From: Chitinophagales bacterium
GTDB lineage: Bacteria; Bacillota; Syntrophomonadia; Syntrophomonadales; DTU052
Direction: 5' to 3'
Length of the DNA stretch: 22,848 nt
NCBI GenBank assembly: GCA_050259035.1
Contig: JBLMZW010000050.1
Span: 1 to 22,848, forward strand
Positions 1 to 7,188 of the stretch are shown one piece after another. The stretch's first letter is position 1; every line of letters starts with the position of its first letter. The position numbers and the translations under genes are program-made. The notes under the pieces are model-generated. The model was not told where the DNA came from and did no database searches. It worked only from the letters and a program-made list of their open reading frames with translations.

Positions 1-21
1 TCCTATTTTTTAGGCTCAGGT

Positions 22-2229
22 TTATTCATTCTGCTGAGTCGCTGCGGCTAACCGGCTGCCGGTTAGCATCCGAGCCATAAGGATGTTAATCAACGAACCT
101 GCATCGCCTCCGGCTACAATATCCGGTGTTATTTTCACATTTCCAGATGAGATTAGCTTCATAAGCTCTATCATTGCCACACTTTCCGGGCCAATGGCTT
201 CGCGGGTTAGTCGGTAGGCTTCCGCGGTGGCCTTTCCAATAGCCAGAATTTTCTCTGATTCGCCCTGTCCTTCCAGCTTAACCCGGCTGGAGTTCCCCTC
301 GGCAATAGTTACGGTTTTGATTTTTTCTTGTTCGGCAACCTTGACTCCAATTTCCGCAGTTACTACATCACCTTGTTTGTTGGCCTGGGCTCTTGTCCTT
401 TCAACATCAATTCTTTTAACCTCTGCTTCTCTTTGCTGGGCGTACATATCCTGCTGCTGAGCTGCAATAACCTTATTGGTCTGGGTTTCCATTAGCGCTT
501 CGGGAATCTGAATCTGACAAATAAGTACACTCAATACTTCAACATGATACTTTTCCAGTTCATTTCTAACCCGTTCCAAAGCCTTCTCCTGCTGTTCATG
601 CCGGTCCTGTAAAAACTTCATAGCTTCGGTAGAAGATGCCTGATTACGGAAACTGCTATCAATTAATGGGTGAATAACATTCTTAATAAGGTTTTCAATG
701 CTGCCAATTCTGGCGACCATATAAGGCGCCTGCTCAGGCTGGACCCTTATTACCACCTTGACACCTACTTTAATGATAAAACCATCCTTTGAGGTAACAT
801 TAAGCGGGTTAAAACTATCTGCTGCAGATTCATCGTCCCAGTCAATTGTGATGTTGGTGGTTTTAACGATGATTGGGATATGAGCCCTTTTATTTATATA
901 GTAGGTTCCAGGACCAACCACATCCAATTGAATCCCCCGATACCCCTTTTCAACTACATAAGACTCGATTTTTTCACCGGTCAAGTCAGGAACACCGACC
1001 GAGGCGCTTTGCTGAGGCCTTTTGCCTACGTTGGATATGACCACGGCTACCTCTCCCTGATTTATCACCGCCGCCGTGTCAGGATCAACTGCAAACATAT
1101 AAGGGTTTATATAGTATGTTCCCGGGGAAAGAACATCTAGCTGAGGTCCTCTCTGTCCCCGACTGCTTAGAAACGCTGCCGCATTCTGGTAGTTATCATG
1201 TCCCTGAACAGAATCAGCTATTAATTCATTGGCAGGCAAGGGGTCCCCATCATTGGCTGTTACCAATCCAACACTGCCTGAATTAATAACAATGGCTGGG
1301 AACTCTGCTACCTGAAACATGCGGGTATTAATTCGATATTTACCCGGCAATAGGATATCAAGCTGCGGCCCTTTCTGGCCACCATTTAACAAGAAAGCAG
1401 TTCCATTCTGGAAATTATTATGCCCGGTGGTGGCTTTGGCCAAAAGGCGGCCGGAATCGATAGGGGCACCGTCAGTTGCAGTGACCACACCAATTTTCCC
1501 CTGTGGTATGTTGGTTATTGACTCCATACTGACACTAAAGAACTTAGTGTTAATACGGTAGGTTCCAGGGGGAATATAATCGGTCTGCGGTCCCTTTTGT
1601 CCACCGTTCTTTATGAAGAGCTCGGCGTTCTGATAGAAATTGTGTCCTTCAACCGAACGGCCAAATATACTACCAGCGGGAATAGCTTCGCCATCAGCAG
1701 CTTCTACGATTCCTATAGAGTCTTCCGGAATATTAATGGAACTAACCAATGTTATCTTGAATAACCGAGTGTTTATCCTATAGGTACCCGGGGGTATGTA
1801 ATCGGTTTGAGGACCTTTTTGGCCGCCATTCCTGAGGAAGGCTTCAGCATCTTGATAGAAGTTGTGCCCATCCACCGATCTACCGAAGATGTGGCCAGCA
1901 GTCAACGGGAGTCCATCAATGGCTTCTACCAGGCCCACGCTGTCCTCTTGGATGACAATAAAACTCTGTTTTGTAACGGAATATAAAAATGGAAAGAAAA
2001 TATGTATTCCAGGTCCTAAGGTTCGGGCCTGAATTCCTACTTCTCCTCTTTGGGCAATAACCCGGTCAGGCGGTAGCTGCCGGCCGATATACTTGCGTTC
2101 CGCAATTCCAATCTGAGTTCCACTAATAACAACGATAAGGTTAGAAACCCAGACAAAAAGTATAACTAACAGAATACCAATTAGCACCAGGGCCGCTGTT
2201 ACAAACGGCGACATAACTAAGCCCCCCAT
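22..2229 (-). CDS. Flotillin/SPFH (band 7) family membrane protein with an internal tandem-repeat expansion
   Basis: The 735-aa ORF begins with a hydrophobic TM segment. A split SPFH domain follows (RKYIGRQLPPDRVIAQRGEVGIQARTLGPGIHIFFPF ... IDWDDESAADSFNPLNVTSKDGFIIKVGVKVVIRV ... SFRNQASSTEAMKFLQDR). The C-terminus is an E/A/K/Q-rich flotillin coiled-coil tail (REAEVKRIDVERTRAQANKQ...AEQEKIKTV...KITPDIVAGGDAGSLI). The TAA stop is at 22-24. An alternative start is the second ATG at 2214 (MSPFVTAAL...), which sits 7 nt after a GGGGGG run. Confidence 0.85.
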   Translation of the reverse strand: MGGLVMSPFVTAALVLIGILLVILFVWVSNLIVVISGTQIGIAERKYIGRQLPPDRVIAQRGEVGIQARTLGPGIHIFFPFLYSVTKQSFIVIQEDSVGLVEAIDGLPLTAGHIFGRSVDGHNFYQDAEAFLRNGGQKGPQTDYIPPGTYRINTRLFKITLVSSINIPEDSIGIVEAADGEAIPAGSIFGRSVEGHNFYQNAELFIKNGGQKGPQTDYIPPGTYRINTKFFSVSMESITNIPQGKIGVVTATDGAPIDSGRLLAKATTGHNNFQNGTAFLLNGGQKGPQLDILLPGKYRINTRMFQVAEFPAIVINSGSVGLVTANDGDPLPANELIADSVQGHDNYQNAAAFLSSRGQRGPQLDVLSPGTYYINPYMFAVDPDTAAVINQGEVAVVISNVGKRPQQSASVGVPDLTGEKIESYVVEKGYRGIQLDVVGPGTYYINKRAHIPIIVKTTNITIDWDDESAADSFNPLNVTSKDGFIIKVGVKVVIRVQPEQAPYMVARIGSIENLIKNVIHPLIDSSFRNQASSTEAMKFLQDRHEQQEKALERVRNELEKYHVEVLSVLICQIQIPEALMETQTNKVIAAQQQDMYAQQREAEVKRIDVERTRAQANKQGDVVTAEIGVKVAEQEKIKTVTIAEGNSSRVKLEGQGESEKILAIGKATAEAYRLTREAIGPESVAMIELMKLISSGNVKITPDIVAGGDAGSLINILMARMLTGSRLAAATQQNE
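832..1941 (-). repeat. About five tandem ~222-bp (~74-aa) diverged repeats inside the flotillin CDS
   Basis: The protein shows repeated units of the form SxGxVxAxDGxPxxxGxIFGRSVxGHNFYQNAxAFLxNGGQKGPQTDYIPPGTYRINTxxF. The matching DNA segments are roughly 70% identical, for example 1561-1680 against 1780-1900. Confidence 0.7.
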
Positions 2230-2291
2230 TCTTCTATAATGATTACTTCCCCTGTACTCCTTTCTTTGAATATTAGTGTTATTACTGACTA

Positions 2292-2300
2292 ATTATACCA
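2292..2300 (-). promoter_or_regulatory. Extended -10 element (TGgTATAAT) upstream of the flotillin gene
   Basis: The minus strand reads 5'-TGGTATAAT-3' about 63 nt upstream of the ATG at 2229. There is no good -35, but extended -10 promoters often lack one. Confidence 0.4.
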
Positions 2301-2465
2301 CCTTCAGATATACAAATAATTAACCCCAACATGAAGCAGATCATCGGTATTGGTGGATTGGAAAAGGGAACTACAGAAACAGCGGAAGGCAATTCTAGTA
2401 AACTTACCAATTAAGTAGTAAGTGGTCTTTAAAGGATTAAAGCAGTCCTTACTAAGGATAAGCGA

Positions 2466-3584
2466 CTAGTATTTTTCAGTCAGGTAATCCTGTAGCATTT
2501 GAATCCCCTCTGGGAGGTTTTTGCGTCCAAACCCGATACGGAAATGACGATTGCCATAATCATAGCAAGTGCCTGGCAGGAGTAAAACCCCTTTGTCAGC
2601 GACCAGAGCTGAACAGAAAGCCTCAACGTTCTCTTCCCATTTGATTCGAGGAAAACTTATCGGTCCGGCCTTTGGTTGTTTCCAGGAAAACAGGTGCTCA
2701 TAGTGAAAGAAGAAATCGTTAAGAACTTGTAGATTATCTTTGATGATGGTCAGATTGCGATTAACCAGCTGGTCATGATGCTTCAAGGCCAGATTAGCCA
2801 GAAATTCACTGGGTGCACTATTACAGATGGAAGTATAATCCTTGAAGGCCGCCATCCGTTTAAAGACTTCCCGGTTGCTGGTGGCTATCCATCCAATGCG
2901 CAATCCAGCCAGGCCATAGCTTTTGGACATGACCCCCAGGGAAACCGCATTCTCATATAAATCACAAGTCGCTTCTAACCGGTCTTCCATCTCATATTCA
3001 AGATAACGGTAGACTTCATCCGAGAAAACTATAATACCATGTTCACGAGCTATTTCGACTATTGCAGCCTGCTCCGCTTTCGACATCTGGTAGCCTGTAG
3101 GGTTATGCGGGGAGTTTATAACGATGGCCCGGGTATTTCCTTTAATACTCTGTCGCAGAAAATCGAGATTAGGTTTCCATCCTTCGTCTTCTCGCAGTTC
3201 CCACCTGGTGACGTCGCATCCAATGGCCCGGGCTATCTCAAATAATGACTGGTAGGCTGGGAATTGCACGATTATATGATCACCAGGCTTCAGGACTGAA
3301 TTCATAAAGAGAAATATGGCTTCTTCAGCCCCCGAGGTCACCAGGATATTACCCTCATCCATCCTTGTATAAAGCCCCGCAATGCTCCTGCGGAGCTGCA
3401 GCCCGCCAGGGGCTTCAGTATACCCCAGGCTTATACGGCCAAAAGCTTCCCATGCTTGAGCGCCTTCCAGGTCAAGTAAATCCGCGATAGTAATCGATTC
3501 ACAGTCGGAACAGCAAAGTAAATAAGGAGCATTAAACTCATAGGCGGAAAAATACCTTTCCAGTTTAAAATCCGGCAATTGCAT
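2466..3584 (-). CDS. Class I/II PLP-dependent aminotransferase
   Basis: A PLP-lysine motif is present (SKSYGLAGLRIGW), along with the INSPHNPTG and GAEEAIF fold-type I signatures. The start is taken at the internal ATG at 3584 (MQLPDFKLERYF...) because GAGGTG sits 6 nt upstream. The ORF-track start at 3626 has no SD. Confidence 0.8.
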   Translation of the reverse strand: MQLPDFKLERYFSAYEFNAPYLLCCSDCESITIADLLDLEGAQAWEAFGRISLGYTEAPGGLQLRRSIAGLYTRMDEGNILVTSGAEEAIFLFMNSVLKPGDHIIVQFPAYQSLFEIARAIGCDVTRWELREDEGWKPNLDFLRQSIKGNTRAIVINSPHNPTGYQMSKAEQAAIVEIAREHGIIVFSDEVYRYLEYEMEDRLEATCDLYENAVSLGVMSKSYGLAGLRIGWIATSNREVFKRMAAFKDYTSICNSAPSEFLANLALKHHDQLVNRNLTIIKDNLQVLNDFFFHYEHLFSWKQPKAGPISFPRIKWEENVEAFCSALVADKGVLLLPGTCYDYGNRHFRIGFGRKNLPEGIQMLQDYLTEKY

Positions 3585-3638
3585 GTAATTCACCTCAAGT
3601 CTAAGTTTTTCTAAACAACAAAGCATTAAGGAGTAAAG

Positions 3639-4447
3639 CTACTTTTCCGCCTCAGCCTCAAGCCGCACCATTCCCAGATGATTAAAGCCATTTTCATCTG
3701 GAGGATAGAGGTCAAGATACGATTTTATAGTTTCATCGATGAATTCCTCTTGCATTACCTGCGGTATTCTCTGAATGTATGGAAGCCATGTCGTTCTGAA
3801 CCAGCCTGCCAACCCTTCCCTGGTAGAATGAACCATATCCTTTTGGACTAATTCCACCCGTGAAACCTTAAAACCGGCTTGTTCCAACCACAACCTGTAC
3901 TCATCTATACCGTAAAAGCCCCAAGGGAAAGCCAGATCAACTAGATAGTCTCTCCATTTATCATTCAGTACCATATTCTCAACTGTGTTTACCATAGCTT
4001 GAGCATTACCCCGGCCGCCCATCTGCAACAGCAACCTGCCGCCCGGGTTAAGTGCCCTGTAAAACGCTCTTAATAGCCGGGGATGATCCGGAACCCAGTG
4101 CAGCGCAGCATTGGAAAATATGGTGTCAAATTCCCAGTCACAATCCAACTGCCCCGCATCTTTAACCAGGAATTCAACGTTGTTGATGTTTCCAGATCTG
4201 GCGTCGTTGGTTGCGAACTTAATCATTTCTGGAGAGATGTCTATTCCAACAACGGAACCATGAGCAAACACCGGGCTATCTCAAGGGTTATCTTGCCATC
4301 TCCACATCCTACGTCCAAAACCCTTTCAACGCCTTTAAGTCCTAATTTGGGTATGAGTTCATGAGCCCACGTTTGCTGAGCAGTTGAGTTATTGTGATAG
4401 TCTCTGGGATTCCATTGGTACACTTGGTTGCCCTCCCACCTGACCAT
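3639..4447 (-). pseudogene. Trans-aconitate methyltransferase (Tam)-like class I SAM-dependent methyltransferase, interrupted by a frameshift
   Basis: The N-terminal piece (ORF 4241-4447) carries SAM motif I (VLDVGCGDGKIT). The C-terminal piece (ORF 3639-4271) holds the rest of the fold (GIDISPEMI...AALHWVPDH...LNPGGRLLLQ). The two are in different frames and overlap at 4241-4271. A 1-nt indel in the CCCGG run near 4270-4276 accounts for the shift. A likely true start is the GTG at 4423 (VYQWNPRDY), 7 nt after GGTGGGAGGG. Confidence 0.6.
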
Positions 4448-5663
4448 TTGCCCCTATATTTATTATTTTGGATTCATGCAACATGGTGGTAATGATCAGA
4501 TTAACTACCATTAACCCGATTATAGCAATTAAAGGGAGGGTCATGGAACCGGTAATCGGGTTTTTAAACATATCCATCCCGTAGATAAACAGGATTCCGG
4601 TAACCTGCCCGGCCAGCATTAACATCCCATTGGAAGCCGCTTCCGGCGCAGGGTAAGTGATTTCCGCTCCGTACTGAAAACCCAGTGGACCTACCCCTAG
4701 CATGAAGAAGCCGAAAACCCCGGCCGCGATAAGAAGCATCAGGTAATTAGCTGCGAAAGTAATGCCAATAAGCCCCGGTATACACGCCGCTATGGAGAAA
4801 ATGATAATCGGCCGTCTTTTCCCTTTGCGATCGGATATCATGGGAATAACTATTGCTCCCAGAATGCCGCATATTACAATTACTCCTCCAGTAATCCCGG
4901 CCTGGGTCATTGAGAATCCTCTGGGTTTTAAGATATCTTCTATCCAGGTTTCCATACCGTTAAAAACACCCAGCCCAATAAGGAAAATCCCTAGTAGGAG
5001 TAAAAAGTCCCTGCTTTTCATTATCTGCTTCAAGCCATCCAGAGCCAGGGATCTCTCCTCGCTTTGATATGCGGGAGGAGTCAAAGGACGCTCCTTTCCG
5101 AATATTAGGAAAAGCAAACCACAAGCCAAGGCCGCTATCCCATAAATTAAAAGCATCTTCTCTATTCCAAAATGCATTGTTATATAAGGGGTCTCGATCA
5201 TGGCAAAGATTACACCAAGGTATCCGGCCAGGATACCTACTCCCGATGCAGTCGCCCGGTCCTCAACCGGGAACCACCGGCATGCCAATGTAGTAACTGC
5301 ATTAGATATAAAAGGCTGCCCCAGGGAAATCCCAATTTGGGAAATCAACACCAGATTATAGTCTGCCGCGAATAAGCCCCGGGTCAAGCCGAAGACCCCA
5401 GTAAGAATCGCGCCTATTCCCACGCCAACCTTTAGTCCATAAGTATCAATAACCCAGGAGGCAGGAATAGAGACTATGATGTATGTAATCATGAAGATCA
5501 TTGATAAAAACCCAATTCCTATATCTGATACTTTAAAGAATTCTGCAGCTGCTTTGGTTATTGGTGCAAAAGTCACCCACATCATATTTTGGGCAGCAAT
5601 TACACACATAAACGAGAATAAAACAACCCACCGATAAGGGTATACCTTTAGCTCTTCTTGCAC
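4389..5663 (-). CDS. MFS transporter
   Basis: This is a 424-aa polytopic hydrophobic protein with about 12 predicted TM helices and the loop motifs typical of MFS. It starts at a GTG at 5663, 8 nt after GGGGAGG. Its 3' end overlaps the methyltransferase 5' end. Confidence 0.85.
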   Translation of the reverse strand: MQEELKVYPYRWVVLFSFMCVIAAQNMMWVTFAPITKAAAEFFKVSDIGIGFLSMIFMITYIIVSIPASWVIDTYGLKVGVGIGAILTGVFGLTRGLFAADYNLVLISQIGISLGQPFISNAVTTLACRWFPVEDRATASGVGILAGYLGVIFAMIETPYITMHFGIEKMLLIYGIAALACGLLFLIFGKERPLTPPAYQSEERSLALDGLKQIMKSRDFLLLLGIFLIGLGVFNGMETWIEDILKPRGFSMTQAGITGGVIVICGILGAIVIPMISDRKGKRRPIIIFSIAACIPGLIGITFAANYLMLLIAAGVFGFFMLGVGPLGFQYGAEITYPAPEAASNGMLMLAGQVTGILFIYGMDMFKNPITGSMTLPLIAIIGLMVVNLIITTMLHESKIINIGANGQVGGQPSVPMESQRLSQ

Positions 5664-5945
5664 AGTATTTTCCTCCCCATTATTTATTATTTTCTCTCCT
5701 AACAGGCTTGAAATAGGGGGTGCCGCTGGTGTATTGCTTGAAATTAAAAGATTATCATTTTCTGCCGGAAGGGTAATTGGTAGTTATATATTTATGTTTA
5801 GTCTGCCATTTTGAGTTATTATATCAAACATTTGCTTTTGGGCAGACAATATAAGAGAATAATTTACCAAAATCTCAGATCAATAGTAAGATAGCAATAG
5901 GAGTATACGTAATGTCGAGTAATAGGAGATAAGGGGGAATTAGAA

Positions 5946-6746
5946 TTGATCAGGACGAAGAAATGGATGCACTATACTCTTATAACGCTGATAGTGTTAA
6001 CACTAACCGGATGCGGAATGCCATCCAGTAATGAACCGGCAAACAAATCCACTAAAGTGGTAAAAGAAAATCAGACGCAAAGTAATGCTAACCTCAATGA
6101 GTCAATAAAATTCTCCACTAAAACCCTGGTAGAAAACCAGGACCAAATAACTATAAACCTTAAGATTCCTGTTATCAGCGGGATGAAAAACGAGAATGCG
6201 CAAACAAAATGGAATAATCAGTGGGAAAAAGCACAGACAGACTTAAAGCGACAAATGACAAAAGATGCGGCAGATTATTATGAAGAAGCTAAAGTGAACG
6301 AATTTACTCCCAACCAGTATAATGTAACCAGTGAATACAAAGTAATCTACAATAAAAATGATTTATTGAGCTTGACCACCACGGTTTATACATATTGCGG
6401 CGGGGCTCACGGTTCTACTGAACAGACGGCCTATAACATCGATCTTGAAACGGGAAAAGAGATTTCCCTCAAAGATCTATTTCAGGACGGGAAAGACTAT
6501 AAAAAATTTATCAATACTATAATTAGCCAGAAAATTGCCGAAACCCCCGATGACTATTTTTCAGGCGAGGAAGGCTTTCAGGGTGTTTCTGATAAACAAC
6601 CATATTACATAGTTGACGATGGAATTGTGATTTATTTCGGTCTCTATGAGATTGCCTGCTATGCAGCCGGTATTCGCGAATTCAAAATACCTACTACTCA
6701 GATTAAAGATTACCTGAAACCCGAATTCAGAAACAAGCTAGTCTAA
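5946..6746 (+). CDS. DUF4163/DUF3298 (RsiV/PdaC-like) lipoprotein
   Basis: There is a signal peptide with an LTGC lipobox. The C-terminal region carries the TYCGGAHGST motif typical of DUF3298. The start is a TTG at 5946, 8 nt after AAGGGGG. Confidence 0.75.
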   Translation: MIRTKKWMHYTLITLIVLTLTGCGMPSSNEPANKSTKVVKENQTQSNANLNESIKFSTKTLVENQDQITINLKIPVISGMKNENAQTKWNNQWEKAQTDLKRQMTKDAADYYEEAKVNEFTPNQYNVTSEYKVIYNKNDLLSLTTTVYTYCGGAHGSTEQTAYNIDLETGKEISLKDLFQDGKDYKKFINTIISQKIAETPDDYFSGEEGFQGVSDKQPYYIVDDGIVIYFGLYEIACYAAGIREFKIPTTQIKDYLKPEFRNKLV

Positions 6747-6786
6747 TGATCAGAAGAAAATCACATTTCGTATTTATTTCATTTAT

Positions 6787-6823
6787 AAAAATATTCCCCG
6801 ATCATCCCGGGGAATATTTTTTT
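6787..6823 (+). terminator. Rho-independent terminator after the lipoprotein gene
   Basis: An 11-bp stem (AATATTCCCCG / CGGGGAATATT) encloses a 7-nt loop and is followed by T7. An A-run precedes it, so it may work in both directions. Confidence 0.75.
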
Positions 6824-7071
6824 GTTCGGAGTTTATTTTTTTGATGCTCTTACTTAGATTAGTTTTGGATATTATCTTGTTCTGGTGTTTAACCAGGTTA
6901 TAAAACCGGTTAAAAACTTTTTTACGACTTCATGTTGCTTCGACCGTCAAAATAATACAATGTTTTTATTATTACCCGCCACTCTGAAACTCTCAATTAT
7001 TTCTCAATTATCAAGACTTATTGCCGCATTTGTTTATTTTCCTATCTAATTTATTAAAATGGTTATTAATT

Positions 7072-7098
7072 TTGAATTTTCATTATATTTGATATAAT
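7072..7098 (+). promoter_or_regulatory. Sigma-A type promoter for the CoA-transferase gene
   Basis: -35 TTGAAT lies at 7072-7077. A 15-nt spacer leads to an extended -10 TGaTATAAT at 7090-7098. This is about 90 nt upstream of the start codon. Confidence 0.5.
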
Positions 7099-7188
7099 CG
7101 AGGTAGTTGATGCCAGGGATATATATATTTGGCATTGTTTATTGTCCTTGGTTATTTACTTTGTTTTTGGAAGGAGTGGCGGCGAAAA

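Noticed and set aside
2421-2460. Short hairpins (AAGGA...TCCTT) just downstream of the aminotransferase stop, a possible terminator
   Set aside because: The stems are only 5 bp and no U-tract follows on the minus strand, so support is too weak.
2230-2465. A sigma-W-type promoter (TGAAAC-N16-CGTA) upstream of the flotillin gene, by analogy with the B. subtilis yuaF-floT-yuaI operon
   Set aside because: I searched the minus strand of the intergenic region and found no TGAAAC or GAAAC -35 with a CGTA -10. Only a sigma-A-like extended -10 is present.
6844-6903. A 19-aa hydrophobic mini-ORF (MLLLRLVLDIILFWCLTRL) in the long intergenic spacer
   Set aside because: The nearest GGAG is about 12 nt from the ATG with a T-rich spacer. 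There is no promoter or terminator context, so it is probably chance.
7129-7188. ORF-track N-terminal extension (TTG start, MALFIVLGYLLCFWKEWRRK) of the CoA-transferase
   Set aside because: The GGAAGGAG SD lies inside this extension, 10 nt before the ATG at 7189. The extension is therefore 5' UTR.
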